Assembly (NCBI GenBank): GCA_030390025.1
Contig: CM059431.1
Location: 102,674,001 to 102,738,000, forward strand
Length of the DNA: 64,000 bases
Reading direction: 5' to 3'
From: Squalus acanthias
Lineage: Eukaryota
Under the pieces are notes generated by a model. It was not told the DNA's origin, made no database searches, and worked only from the letters and a program-made list of their open reading frames with translations. Positions 12,626 through 26,524 of this stretch are shown piece after piece; within the stretch, counting starts at the first letter, position 1; each line of letters opens with the position of its first letter. Position numbers and translations under genes: made by a program.

Positions 12626-14234
12626 GGGGCTGAGTGGCACTGCAGGTTATAACACGGTCCTATTGGGTCGACGACATGGCCTTAAATCCACCCCAGGCTG
12701 ATGGTTGTGAAAGCATCCCCCTCTCATCAGCTGCAAGAGTTCTGAGCAAAATTATCAACCTAAACCCTAGTGGGTGTGAGTCCACAGCAACAAAGAAAAG
12801 ACTGCCCATAATTTGCAAGTAAATTGACAAGATTTAATTCGGGCCAGCTAATGTGAAAAGCAAATTTCATGCTTGCACACTAGGGGTGCTTTTCTGAGGT
12901 TGTTAAAGGATTGTTGGGGCAGGAAGCCTTAATCTGCAACTGTTTACACTATGCTTGTATGGTAGCATTTTGTTCTGACTCAGATGCTAAAAGTAAAGAA
13001 ACATTTTGTCCCCAGTACCTACAAATCTCACCCTTGATGCTCACAAAAATACGGCTTATAAAAACCGAGTTATTTTCATGTTCACATCTGAGAGCATGCT
13101 ATGCCGTCAGTGATTAACAGTCAGAGCAAAAAATGCACTCGAATTGCATTTCATGTTATAAACATACTTTGATGCAATGCTGCGCCTTTTATTGTGGTGT
13201 GGTGCAACTGAAGAGACACAATTAAAGGCTACCCAGATTCCAACAAAGCAACTCTGCTGAAATCAAAGTAGCTCATTTCTGGAAGCATTGGCAGTGAAGT
13301 TCTGAAAAATAGATATGACAGATAAAGTAAGTTTCACATTACCTCCCAAACCACTTCTTCCCTATTCTTTTTTTTGTGGGGAGAAAAAAGCCACCTGGAA
13401 TCCATTTTCTTTCCAACAGCCTTCTAGGATTCCAGTGCACTAGTTTCTTCCTCATTTACTCAATTCAAGGTACAGAAATTTGACACCAAATCAGTACAAT
13501 AATGCTCACAATTTTTTTTTTAAGGCAATCATGTGCCAAAATGCTCATCATTTTGAGCAGATCAATAAAGAACTATTTGTTATGCCAATTACTTCCTGTA
13601 GCTGTCTTGCAGAGAAAAACCCCTCTCCATATTAACCCAAGTAGTTGCAAAGAATAAGTAGAATGAGCCTCGACTGGTGAGCACCAGGCAAGCAAACTGT
13701 AAATAAGGCAAAACATAATCTATCCCTTAGTTATACACTGCTTAGCAATATCAAACATATTCCTAGACAGATGAATAGCCTTAGTGCTGCCAATATTTTT
13801 GCTGTGTAAACAACAAAATGATACTTTGCCTTTAGAAAAGCAGCATGCACAGCAGGTACATTTTAGACAGCTTTATCTTTTTGAAATTCCAATGTAAATT
13901 TAAGGCAACAACATGTGGAGACAAGATAACTGCAAGAGTTTTCAAAGTAAGGAAGGCCATCATCACTAAAAATAAGTTCAAGCAGGTCAGACATGAACTG
14001 ATGCCAAGAGGCTTAGCTTGGATACCTAATTTCCCACTCAGAACATAGAACAGGCTCACAGGAGTGAGCCTGTTCTGCCATTCAATTAGATCATGGCTGG
14101 TATGTATTTTAACTCCATCTACCCGCCTTCGTTCAGTAACCCTGGGGAAGATATTCTGTTGGACAGGTCACCCAAGCTCAGTAACCCCTCAGGACAGCTT
14201 TGGGGTAATTTTCACTTTGGGCATGGGCGGTAAG

Positions 14235-15190
14235 TCTGAGGGATTTAACACCAGATCTGGAGTAAAGCAGGGATGCGCCCGGGCTCCAACCCTGTTGTCG
14301 TGCAATGGGCTGGATCCTTGACCTCAACTCTGCAAATACTGGCATTGCCGTCGGTCAGACCTCTTTTCTGACCTGGACTAGGAGGATAATGTTGCCCTTC
14401 TTGGTCAGCAGGTGAGCAAACTCAAGAGATACGTTGGAGAGCTTTCAGCGTGAGGCAGCCATCTTTGGGCTACAGGTTTCTTGGGCCAAGACAAATGTCC
14501 AGAGTGTCAGTGCAAACACTGCAATACAGGACATTCATGTTGATGGACAAAATGTGGAGGCAGTGGAAGACTTTATCTACCCAGTTGGCAAGTTTATCTG
14601 ATAGGCGTAGGGAGCCGGACATGAATAGAACATAGCACAGAAACAGGCCATTCAGCCCAACTGGTCTATGCTTGTGTTTATGCTGCACACAAGCCTCCCC
14701 CCACGTTATTTCATTTCACCCTATCAGCATATCCTTCTATTCCTTTCTCCCTCATGTACTTCATTAGCTTCCCCTTAAATGCGCCTATGCTATTCACCTC
14801 AACTACTCCATGTTGTAGCGAGTTCCACATTCTAACCACTCTCTGGGTAAAGAAGTTTTTCCTGAATTCCTTAATGGATTTATTAGAGACCATCTTATAT
14901 TTATGACTCCTAGTTTTGGACTCTCCCACAAGCAGAAACATCTTCTCTACGTCTACCCTATCAAACCCGTTCACAATTTTAAAAACCTCTATTAATTCAC
15001 CCCTAACATACTGAGGAGAATTGGATCAGCAGCTTCAGCAATGAAGGACCTGCAAAGGGTCTGGAGTCAAAAGTAGGTGAAAATCCTATCAAAGCACAGA
15101 TCTATCAGAACTGTGTCCTTCCAATACTTTTGTATGGATCTGAAACACAGAAGCTACCTACTGGAAGCATTTCATGTGTGCTGTTAGTGG
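14235..15190 (+). mobile_element. Decayed RTE-clade LINE fragments
   Basis: SGVKQGCARAPTL, RIGSAASAMKDLQRVW and YQNCVLPILLYGSET are RTE-type RT motifs. Confidence 0.7.
14625..15003 (-). mobile_element. CR1 LINE 3' end inserted in the RTE
   Basis: ORF 14711-14974: GFDRVDVEKMF...NFFTQRVVRMWNSL. Confidence 0.9.
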
Positions 15191-16332
15191 AACAGGCTCA
15201 ATGGGCGAAATAGCCCACTCCTGTTCCTGTGACTGCTGGGTTCACAGCACAGACGCAACTAGAACCGGACTTCAGAAGGTCAAAGTCATCATTAATTGTC
15301 GCCACTGGACACTCTTGGTCACATCGCCTGCCTCGGAGACAAAGTTTCCGTAAACCGGGCACTGACGATTGTAATCCAGGTCAGGAAGGGATACACCGAC
15401 CTACTTCAGAAAGGAGGTGCTATCAGGTCAGTGAACGCTTGGAATGAAGCCACACACAACTGTCTAAGCGGAACTACTTGCTTGCTTGATGGTGGAAAAC
15501 TGGTAAGGTGTTTAACAAGTGGCCAACCTGCAACCGCCAGTTTTCCGCTCGCGCCTAAAGCGAAAATTACCCCTCGTGTCCAACTCAAACTAGATGATGG
15601 ATCTTTGAGATCAAGGATTGCAAATTAATAGCTAGGATATCGGCCACCTCCTTCCCCGATAGAGCTGAAAGGATTACCCCAGCTACATTTCAAGCAGGGG
15701 AAAAAACCTGAAATAGCCCTTCACCGAGCTTCCTATGTGGCACTTTATCAAACACCTTTTGAAAATCCACCACAACATGCATTGCATTTCCTTTATCAAT
15801 ACACTTTGTTATTTCCGAAAGACCTCCATTACATTTGAGAGACATAACTCACCTTTTACAAATCTATGCTCGCTGGCCTTAGTTAACATACATCTTTAAA
15901 TTATTTGTTTTATTCTGTATTATGGTCCCTGGGAACTTACCCATTACTGATGTTAGATTGGATGGTCTATAGTTACCCGGTTTAACCCTTTCTCTCTTTT
16001 TGAACAGAGGTGTACATTGGCAACCCTCCAGTTCTCTGGCACAACTTCCATATCCAATTATGTTTGAAGGAGTTCACAACTTTCTATTCTCCAAATGCCT
16101 CCTTAGCAGAGGAACTCCCAAGAGGCATTCTACATCCTCCTTCCCCTCTCCTTAAGTATCTGAAGGAGTTTGTCCATTGTAATTTGTTCCTCTGCCTCCC
16201 AATTCAGTACCCAGGACTATAATCTCCATGAATATTCCCTATAAGACTACCATGCCCCACTCGTCTGCCAGTTTCCAATTCCTTTTCAGTAGCTCAATGC
16301 TCAAAAAGGTGCTGCAGAAATAAGAGAGAGAG

Positions 16333-16710
16333 ACACTCCAGTGCAGTGCTGAGGGAGTGCTGCACTGTTGGAGGTGCCGTCTTTCGGATGAGATGTTAAA
16401 CAGAGGTCCTGTCTGTTCTCTCAGGAGGACGTGAAAGATCCCATGGCGTTATTTCGAAGAGCAGCAAGAGGAGTTCTCCCCGATGTCCTGGCCAATATTT
16501 ATCCCTCAATCAACATTACAAAAACAGATTATCTGGTCATTATCACATTGCTGTTTGTGGGAGCTTGCAGTGCGCAAATAGGCTACCGCGTTTCTTACAT
16601 TACAACAGTGACTACACGTCAAATTTTTTTTTACTTCATTGGCTGTAAAGCACTTTGGGACGTCCGGTGGTCGTGAAAGGCGCTATATAAATGCAAGCCT
16701 TTCTTTTCTT
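16333..16710 (+). mobile_element. Deu-domain SINE (SacSINE1/AmnSINE1-like) with L2-type tail
   Basis: Core GAGGGAGTGCTGCACTGTTGGAGGTGCCGTCTTTCGGATGAG and tail AAAGGCGCTATATAAATGCAAG. Confidence 0.75.
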
Positions 16711-17184
16711 TAAAACAGGAAAGGAAAGTGCAAGGTACTTTTTTGGGGGGGGTGGGGTCAGCCTATTCCCTAACATGCAGACACCCAACACCTTCTTTAC
16801 AATCACTTGTCGGGTTTCTATCTGTCTAACATAGTGGGCACACTATCTCCTTAGGGATGCATCCCATTTACCCAAGTCCAGAGAGCTTAGCTGCAGGTTA
16901 GAAGAGCCAAGATTTAGGGACCTCCCAAGTGTCCATAGCAGCATTGCTGGAGTTAAACTAGCTAACATAGTGCAGTTTAACAGTCCAGAGCATCGGAAAG
17001 TGTCCCACTGCTTATCTGGCTTGCATCACTCGACCCATTGAGGCTTTGACCTACAGGGAGCTAAGTTGAGGTTAATTTGAACCAAACTATTACCAGTGTG
17101 AAGCATATGGCATGCATCTGGGTTACTTCCATTTAATTTTTCCTCTTCCTTTATCCACCAACTTTCTTCCCTTTTCCTCTCTTG

Positions 17185-17560
17185 AAGGTGTTGACTCCTT
17201 GGAATACTGTTCCACAGGCACAGTGGCCCTCTGATGCCTTGCCTGAATAGTGGTTCTTCACGCGTGAGCCGGCAGGTTAGTCATGCATAGAGGGCATCAC
17301 AGCCAAGCCCATTCCTGCCCTCATTCAACGTACACACAAGCTGACCGCCAGCAGGAGCCACTGGACAGTGATCAGCAGCGAGAATGCTGGTGATCTCCTC
17401 TCCCTATACCATGAGCACCCAGGCCAACTGCATGGAGTCCATTGCCACAAGGCCGGGATCAGCTAACTCGGCACCCAAGCAGAAACTGAAACTAGAACTT
17501 TCCTCGGTCTATGTGCTTCATCTACTCACTGCCTTAACCTGCTTAGCCACCTGGGGAACC
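17185..17560 (-). mobile_element. tRNA-derived SINE (related copy at about 23065-23355 on +)
   Basis: tRNA-like head and a body shared with the 23.1-23.35 kb copy. Confidence 0.55.
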
Positions 17561-18119
17561 CATGAAAGTGGGCTATTTCCAACACAGATGACACCACTTC
17601 ACTTTAGGTTGTGTCCACCACCAGCATTAATCCAGAGGAAATTACTGGTGAATAATAATCCTACTGCTGCTGTGGGATGCCAATCCTTTTGTAACATAAA
17701 ATATATATATTTAATTTATCTATTAACTAGGACAAAGTTTAATATTCACCTTCATTACAACTGGTATGCCATAAATTATCTGCAATAAAGGTTTCAATTC
17801 ACTTGAAACCTGCTTTGTTACATGTGTTTTGATCGAGCCCTGGTGAGATTATCCATCTGGTGGAGTCTTCACTTCATCCCCCACATACTGTAGGAGTATA
17901 ACCTGGCTTGATGGGTTCTGGGAAACCACTTGCTGAGCATGCACCTGGAAATGTCTTCACGATGTTGTCGAGAGGCGATGGTGACTCAAGAGGTATCCGA
18001 CTCCTACCCACACTGTAAATAACGCCAGAATTTGCGTAATTGTGCTAGCCCTTTTGTCAGCTCAAGCTAAACTTAAACTAACCAACTGAAAATCGTGAAC
18101 CCACCCACCCCCTCCTGTC

Positions 18120-18960
18120 TCAAGATCATAGCCCTACAGGGACTAGTGGTGCGTGTAGGTTTCTGATTAAAGAATGAGGACGACATTACCAGGTGGGTAA
18201 TCTGCCTTTCTTCATTTCACATCCTCTACTTGCACTGTAGGAACATAGCAAGTAGTACAAGCGGAGGAAAGACACCTGCACAAGAGCCATAACGCCAGCT
18301 GTCAGGACTCTTCTGCCAAAAGCATCATATGTCACAGTTAAATCTAGAAAATATTTAGTAAATATGTGATGATTGTTCCATCTGGCAGATTTTCATATAC
18401 TATAACTCGCAAGACTGGCTAAACTGCTCTATGCAAGTGGCACAAAAACTTAGGTCGGGGGGGGGGGGGGGGGGGGTGCTCAATGAACATAGTGGAAAAG
18501 CATTCCAGTTTTAACTTGTGTAGCAGTGGGGGGGAAAAAAGGGGCAATTTCTTAACCCAAATAAAGCTTTTAGATAAAAATTTCAGATGAGTCTTAAGAA
18601 ACAGCCCATCAAAATGCTGCATCAAATATGGCTCAGCCAAAACTAACACCAACAGCGATGCAATTTTCCACGCAAGAAAATTAAATTCACATATTTGAAA
18701 AGGTTGAAAACGTAGAATTGTGAAAAAGAATAAATTACCGTCCCAATTGGGAACCAGTGAGGGCCGAACTGGGCACAATTTTCCAAACTGTACATCAACG
18801 GGTGATGACCTAATGATACCAAATGTGTCATACAAGACTTAAATACCCAGAACGTGAACTCAAGTAGAAATATGGTTTAAACCAGCGTTGAACAAATGCT
18901 GGAAACACATTCCGAATATGTGCAACATCACATGAAACTGGACTAACAACTAACAAGATG
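18120..18960 (-). mobile_element. Decayed DIRS1-like retrotransposon: tyrosine recombinase relic plus 3' non-coding end
   Basis: Collinear motifs FQHLFNAGLNHIST*VHV, CPVRPSLVPNWDGNL...FLAWKIASLL...EPYLMQHFDGLFLK...FLSK, and I*KSARWNNHHIFTKYFLDL...DAFGRRVL. Confidence 0.75.
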
Positions 18961-18989
18961 TCTTGAGCGCTTGAGAAGAAAGAAGTGGA

Positions 18990-19460
18990 CACTGAAAATG
19001 AGGAAAGGTGAGAGCAGTGGAGAAGCTAGGATGAAGGCCCGATCAAACAACTGGCCAGGAACTTGGTGGAAAGCTTGAGGGCAGCACCAGAGTGGCAGAA
19101 TAAGCAGCTGTCAATGGTGGAGCAGAGCAAGCGATGGGCGAGAAGCCAGTGGAGCTTGGAGAGGATGGGCTGACGGAAGTGCAGGTGAACACTTCAATGA
19201 GTTGAAGCTTGTTGTTGCAGGGGGGGGGGGGGGGGGATGTTGAGGTGGTGAGGCCAGCTAGGAGGGTATTAGAAAAGTCAAGTTAAGAGGTGATAAAACA
19301 TGGACTAGAGTTGCATCAGCAGAAGAGATGGCACAGGAACAAGCAAAGATGTAGAGGTAAAATAAAGCATTTTTGGTAATGGGGCAGATGAAAGAGGGGA
19401 GGTTGAGCACGGGGCCAAGCAGAACACCAAGGTTCCACACTTCCTGACTCAATTGCAGAT
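18990..19460 (-). mobile_element. Old L2 LINE fragment
   Basis: WNLGVLL and SSADATLVHVLSPLNLTF resemble the L2 motifs RNLGV / AETLIHAFVTSRLDY. Confidence 0.6.
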
Positions 19461-21933
19461 GACAGCCAAGGGGCAGTTGATGAAGTCTAAGAGGAATCCA
19501 GGAGATGCTGACCTTCTGGACAATGTGCACCAGTGTAGGGCAGGCATTAGATTCACCCCGGTTTCCTCATACCTTTCTCCACAAAATAAGTCAGTGAATA
19601 TCTGAAAGGCAGGAGGTCCCAATAAAAATTAAGATGCGGGTAACCATGAAAGCACAGGCACATTAACCATCGACCACAGTGGCGAGGCTGTGAGTAAACT
19701 CATTGAGATGTACTTCTGGGATTATGGCTTGGGAGACTTCCCTATTTTCCATGGTGGTTTATTTATGCTTCATTTTGACTAGTGACAAACTGCTGAATAT
19801 TTAGAGGAAAGAACATTTTGCTGGGTGAAACAAACTGGCACAATAACACAAGTCTTGGGGCTTTATGCAACATGGGAAGAAGAGATCACTTTCAGTGCTG
19901 CCGATCTGTAAGGTCATAATGACATTTTCATGTGCGTGTTCAGCATATGGTTCCCCCCAGAACCTTATCAAATTAGGCTACAGTGTGTGGAGGATACAGA
20001 AAGAATAATTAGTACTCCACAGTAACGGCATTCTTATATCCCTGGCGACAATCGAACTGGTGGATTACATTTATAGTAACTGTTGTCCTAATAAATACTT
20101 CTGCGGGGACATATAGGTCAATTCGCATTTTAAACGTCAGATTATTTTACAAGGCATTGCTCCTATGGTTTAGTACATTTGAACACTATTTGTTAACCCC
20201 TCAAATCAAATCCTGTGATATTGCAATTAGTAAACCATAGTAATACAGTATTCCAAATTTATAATCTAGATTAATAGGTCTAAGTAATATAAATTAAGCA
20301 AATATTAATGATATATTATGCATCAAAAATCCACATAATGAATAATTAGTATTTAGCAGTTAAGTAAATGTCGTTCATTATAGATAGCTCAGTATCAGAA
20401 AATAGCACTGGCATTTGACCACTTTCAGGGCACAGGATGGCATTTACAAACCACATTTTAATGAGGCAGAAACCCGTTGCCTAAAAGGTGAAAAATTTGG
20501 GTATACCAACGACAACCATTTGAAAACCCAAATGTGGGGGTGGGGGGAGGAAAAGAGGAGCCAACTGTGATGAATCTGCAAAATTCAAAACAAACATTGC
20601 CGATTCAAGCTCCATAAACACAGTGGAGTAAAACACCAGAACTACCTCTCTTTTAGATGAAGATTTTAACTAATATCTCATTTTTAAAAAGTAATATTCC
20701 AGGGATCTCAGTGCTCTACATTGACTTTTCCCAGTGTACTTTTATCACTTTAAATGCAGCAATATAGCACCCTCAGTGGTTCAATGGATCTAGAGCCTGC
20801 AAGAGTTCGAACCAATACGGTTCAAGTCAAAAACGGAGGACTTTACCAATGTTACAAGACGGATGGGTGCCACTTCCAGTGCCAACTGAATAGCTGGATT
20901 ATTTCCAGTGTATTACATGGATTTTAAAAGGAATGACAGGAAAAATCAGCTAATATTTGTTCTGTTTTTCCAGGAAGCTGAATCTTGTAACATTGCATTA
21001 AAATTCATTGTTTGTTCCCATCTTGATCACATTACTGCCTAAAGTATATTGTAACTTTATATATGTGCACTATTAATAGAAGATAAACTCTGCTGCATTA
21101 GCCGCAGAGGAAAAATAATTGTATATACTGCAACAAAACAGACAATTTATTAGCAGAAAGTGTAACTTCAAACCTGAAACAAAGCAGAAAAGAGGACCTT
21201 TAGGCATTGTGAAAAAACATTTTTCTTCATTACTCTAAATTATAGTGCAACTAGAAGAAATTAGTCCCCCAAGGCTGGTATATCATGTCAAATATCAATG
21301 TCTGGTTAGTGTTTTTTTTTAATTTCATATTTACTGGCCTATTTTTATTGGTTTCCATTAAAAATCTGCATCAGAATCCAGCCATACAATGGTATAATAA
21401 AATTATAGAAAAATACTGACTTATCGAAATAGACATTTCTGATATTGGCTTGATTGAAAGAATTTACCATATTACTACCTCAAGGTTAATTGTGCCAAAT
21501 AATCTTTCTTAAAGCAATTGCAAATGAACGGTTCCGATCACTGTTAGTTTAACACCAGTAAGATTTATTACCCAACAGATTCCACACTCAACAATTAATT
21601 ACTCTTTCCAACCAGTAGCTTCTTTTCCCAAAGAGAAATTAGCTTCTCCTACACACTGCAAGGTTAGAAATTATTAAGGTTTAAATATACCTCAATAAGG
21701 TGGTGGCAGTGGTGCTGATAATGGTAAAACACCAACACGCTGCTTATTAACCCTAATATTTCTGGTCTCCTGTTGCAATTTCCACACACAAAAATACTAC
21801 CAGAACAATTGCATCAGACGCAGTCCATCAATGGGTGACTTTCATCTAAAACACAATCCAGCGTAGCATTTTTGTGAGTTGCACAGTAAGTCTGCTGCTC
21901 ATTTGTGGCGTGCTACCTCATTAAATAACTTAC

Positions 21934-22197
21934 CATTGCTGTCGCTGCTGCAGCAGCTGCCTGAGCTACTGCCACAGCCTGGTTGGCCTGGTGCTGTGCT
22001 GCTTTTATTTTGGCCTGTAAGTGCGCAGGAGGGTGGAAGTATTTGCACTTCTCTCTTGAGCAGCGACCTTTGATATAATCCATGCAGACGGTTACAGTGT
22101 TGTCATTGGTATCCACCATTGTGCTGTCTGCGGGGTGAGCAAAGCGGCAGTCAGTCTCACCCCGTGTGCAGTTCCCTCGCTGAAACTCCCTGCACAC
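21934..22197 (-). CDS. MBNL2: MBNL2-like coding exon 4 (264 nt; ZnF3, ZnF4, Ala-rich tail)
   Basis: GGCAG|GTG...ATG|GTAAGT. Translates [26 protein letters not shown]...[38 protein letters not shown]. Confidence 0.97.
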
Positions 22198-22346
22198 CTG
22201 CCAAAACAGCAGATAGCACTGCGCTTAGATTTGATGAAGGCGTTTTAACTTTTAAGCATCCCAAGGATTAGAAACACAAACTATAGCTTGGCGCACAAGC
22301 CAAGGGTAAAACACAAAACAAAACAACAATCATTCATCACCTAGAT

Positions 22347-22516
22347 CAGCGGTTCCCAACCTTTTCCTTCATGCGGACCACAAAAATTGCTTCTGCGGAC
22401 CACCAGCTGTTTAATTTTTTTTTTTTTTTTAACATGGCTGACGGGAGTCAAACTTATATATTTTTTTTCACGGACCACCTGCAGTACCCTCGCGGACCAC
22501 AGGTTGGGAAACGCTG
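22347..22516. mobile_element. hAT (Charlie-like) MITE
   Basis: TIRs CAGCGGTTCCCAACCT / AGGTTGGGAAACGCTG; 8-bp TSD ACCTAGAT / ACCTATAT. Confidence 0.88.
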
Positions 22517-23499
22517 ACCTATATGAACAAAATTCAAATTTAGTATTTCAGAGATTTTTGACTTCCTCTTGGAGTATACATTGCTGAGTGTAACAACCGC
22601 AGGAAATCCAGGGGGACCTTCTATTACTGTGGCAAATTTAGAAGGTTCATGAGGACGTTATTAATTTAGCAATCAATATTACTTTTGAAGACATCAGTTT
22701 AGAGCAACTGTACAAGATGCACATAGAATTAGGCAAGATAAACATATGATTCCTTCATCTCTATATTCTAACGATCATATTGTGCTCCAGAAAAAAAATT
22801 CTAAATTGGTTTTGTTTCACCCAAATCAGAAGACAATGGGCTTTAATATAAAACAAAAAATTCAAGATTAAAAATTGTAGAAACAGTTTTAAAAAAGGTA
22901 CGGCAAAAACATATGCAAAATATTAAAACTAACTTTCTGTCCGTGGTGTATAGAAATTGTTTGCCAAGTCAATTGCTTACTGATTTGATCAGAAGTACGT
23001 TTTATTTGCTAGTCTAAGATCTGGGAAACGTGAAATCAAATTACATTCGATGAAACACGGGTTTCTAAGCAGCCAATGGTTCAGTAGATAAATGTACCAC
23101 ATAATATATTACTGAGCCACAAAGGCCAGGGAGGCTTCAGATTTGTTTCTGGGCCTGTGCCAAGATTGCTGATCTCAGCTGGGACCGGCAGTGAGCGGAT
23201 ACAAGTTGCCGCAGCATTCCTGGAACCAAAAAAAAAATAAATCAGCCAGAGTTCCCGCTCTCTATCTCTGAAGTGACTGCTGTTGGAAAGTACACGTTTT
23301 GTGTTCGTTTGGCGAGGACAGAACTTGGTTCGACAACAGTGCCCTCCCCACCCCCACAGTCAAATTGCCTGCTGACGTTTACTGTTCCGACATTAAAACT
23401 GTGCGAGGTAATAGAGGGCCTTCAGCATCCCCGACACCACCCGAGCAGAGGCAGCCGCCATTCAGCCAATCGGGCCAGCGCCTACTCTCTTAAAGAGGT

Positions 23500-24450
23500 A
23501 TCCGCTTTGCCCCATTCTCCTACCCTTTCCAGATGTCCTTTAAAAAAATGTTTTGTTTTCAAATATCTATCCACTTCCTTTTGAAAAGCTATTATGAATT
23601 CAGATTCCAACACAACGTTCCACATCCTAACAACCTGCTGTGTAGAAAAAAAAATTCTTACCTGCTCCCTTCATTCTTTTAACTATCTTAAATTTATGCC
23701 CTCTAGTTACTAATTCGCCGACCAATGGAAATAATTCTTTCGTACTTACCTCATCAAAACCGTTCATAATTTTGAACATCTCTATTCGATCTTCTCTTAA
23801 CCATCTATTGAAAAAATACTCAGTTTCTCTAATCTCTCATCCCGGACATGTTCGTAAATCACTTCTGCATCCTGCCCATGGCCTTGACATCCTCTATAAA
23901 GTAGGCCACCCAGAAGTGCACATAATATTCTAACTGTGGCCTAACCAATGGTTTGCATAGGTTTAACATTACCTCTTAGTTTTTGTACTCTTATGCTCCT
24001 ATTTATAAAATCTAGGATCCAAAATGATTTTAAAGAAAAATATACAGCGTTCATCAACTTATCCTCCTACTTTTAAAGATTTGTATATCTGAACCCCAAG
24101 TCTCTTTACTCGTCTACGTTTTTTTTTAAACGTTTGGTATACTTTTTCACTTATTCTTCCTTCCAAAATATATTACCTAATTGCTCTGCATTAACCTATA
24201 TCTGAAAGCCACCTGTCCAATCTACCAACCTGTGTACATCCTCCTGAAGTCACTCACCGTCCTCTCCACAGCTAACCACACTCCCTATTTGTGTGCTGCC
24301 TGCAAATTTTAATATTGTACTGAATCCAGATCATTCATTTATAGTAAAGAGCAATGGTCCTGACACTGACCCCTGGAGGCCCCACTATTTACATCCCTCC
24401 AGACCAAAAAAAATCCATTAACCACTATTCTGTTTTATACTCTTTAACCA
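23500..24450 (-). mobile_element. Decayed CR1 LINE (RT region to 3' end)
   Basis: Reverse-complemented GPPGVSVR (PQGSV-region) and downstream CR1 RT motifs, with many stops. Confidence 0.75.
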
Positions 24451-24979
24451 ACTTCCAATCCAAATACTCTCTTCAGGAGAGACAGCATGTACCTTCTCCA
24501 GTCTAGTTTATGGTGTAGTCTCCTCCATGTACTTAGAGTCCATAAAGTCAGAATTCTCTGAAATAATAAGCTGGAATGTCAGTCATGTGTCACCTTACAT
24601 TAATTATTGCTGTATTAGATCTGTCTTTTTTTTAATTTAATCTACAATTCCTGATCTTTTGCACTGTACTGGGGAGACCAATTGCAGATTGAGGCTCTGT
24701 TCCATCTGACCTATGAGTGCTTTGTCATTTCAATTTCCAACCTTTCCATCTTTGGTCTCCTAAATGACTCCAACCAAGTTCCAACATAATTTCTGAAACA
24801 GTACCTCAACCTTCTCCTGGACACTCTTCAGCTCTCTGGTTCAAACATTAAATTTAACAACTTTAGGCATTACCTGTTTTCTTCACTTTCCTGCTGGATT
24901 CTCCCATCATTTTGTTGCTTTCCCTTCCATTTTGAAACCATGTTTAACTCACCTTTTGGCTTTCCAAATTATCTAACAT

Positions 24980-25415
24980 ATATAGAGAGACCAAGTAGAA
25001 TGGGCCTATATTCTCTGGAGTTTAGAAGAAAGCGAGGTGATTTCATCGAAACATACAAGATTCTGAGAGGGCTTGACAGGATAGATGCTGAGAGGTTGTT
25101 TCCCCTGGCTGGTGAGTCTAGAACTAAGGGTCATGGTCTCAGGATAAGGGGTTGGCCATTTAGGACTGAGGTTAGGAGAAATTTATTCACTCAGAGGGTT
25201 GTGAATCTTTGGAGTTCTCCACCCCAGAGGGCTGTGGATGCTCAGTCGTTGAGTATATTCAAGACTGAGATCGATAGATTTTTGGACTCTAAGGGAATCA
25301 AGGGATATGGGGATCGGACGGGAAAGTGGAGTTGAGGTTGAAGATCAGCCATGATCTTATTGGATGGCGGAGCAGGCCTACTCCTGCTCCTAATTCTTAT
25401 GTTCTTACGGTCTTA
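24980..25415 (+). mobile_element. CR1 LINE 3' end
   Basis: GLYSLEFRRKRGDFIETYKILRGLDRIDAERLFPL plus TTCTTATG tail. Confidence 0.92.
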
Positions 25416-25803
25416 TCTCACATACCTGAGATGACACTTGTTTAATATACACCTATTAACTCCCTTTTGAAAAATCTCTCTGCAGCCTAGCTTTTAAATC
25501 CATCACTTGTTCCTTTGTGAAAACAGTTAGGATATCTGAACTCTTGGCCTCCCATCTCAATTTTTGATAAGCCTATAAAGAGACTCTCCTCTTTACCATG
25601 CCAGTTCCGATGAAGAGCCCATGCAAAATATTAACTTATCTTCCAGATGCTGGCTGACTGCCTATTTCCAACATGTGTTTGAATGTTATAAAGCACAGCA
25701 TCAATGAACATAGATACAAGAACAAATAACAAGCTTAATCAGAATTACACTACGTTTACATCTATATTTCTAATGCTGAATTTAACTGACGGAATGTTTT
25801 TAC

Positions 25804-26007
25804 CTCTAATCGGTCTGTCCTCATGTGCTTCTGCATGTTTCCTGTTCCTGCAACTGAAATGGGCGGGCTTCCAGGGACAAGGACAGGGGCACTAGAGAGA
25901 ATTTCCGTTGGAACTAATCCAACACTGTGATGCATGGGTGTCAGAAAAGGACTAAAACTAAAAGCGGGATGATTTACTCCTGTGCCAGGATTCATTGGAA
26001 ACGTGGC
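25804..26007 (-). CDS. MBNL2: MBNL2-like coding exon 3 (204 nt; linker)
   Basis: CCACAG|GCC...GAG|GTAAAA. Translates ATFPMNPGTG...VGLVPTEILSSAPVLVPGSPPISV...QKHMRTDRLE. Confidence 0.95.
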
Positions 26008-26524
26008 CTGTGGAGAAAAACACAAATATGTTTAAAAAATCATGTTAGAAGGACTAAGTAGCACAGAAAAATATTACACTTTGTTATACTTCCCCCTAAC
26101 AAATTAAAAAGAATCAGAATTCATTCTAGAAAATTGTTTTCCCCTTCCCAATGGGAAAACAGATTTTGTTATTACTACTGTGGACTTTGCCGATTGAGAA
26201 AAGAAATACAAACTTTACAAAAGCTGTCCACGAAAATATAAACTAAACAATGATGGCATTATCTTTTCAGCATAAACATTTTTAATCAGAACAATTAACT
26301 TTAATGGAAAATACAACAGGGCATCCCATCCTGGGACTAGAACATAAGGGCATCTCCAAGATCAAACTGTAGAGTTTCTATTGATTCCAGAGCGATGCTA
26401 ATGGGGAAATGTGTTGGCAATATTAGCCATTCTGGACAGACCCAAGTCAACTTGCTTCTTTATTCTCCGCTAAAAAATATGGATTCTTCAAACAGATAAT
26501 ACACTGATGGTAAGAGGATACATA

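Larger units (their letters stand above)
14202..15573. mobile_element. MITE split by nested RTE and CR1 insertions
   Basis: TIRs GGGGTAATTTTCACTTTGGGC / GCCTAAAGCGAAAATTACCCC. Confidence 0.65.

Noticed and set aside
25600..25675. Third hammerhead-like Penelope remnant
   Set aside because: Core is decayed (CCGATGA, no GAAAC), so not a credible ribozyme.
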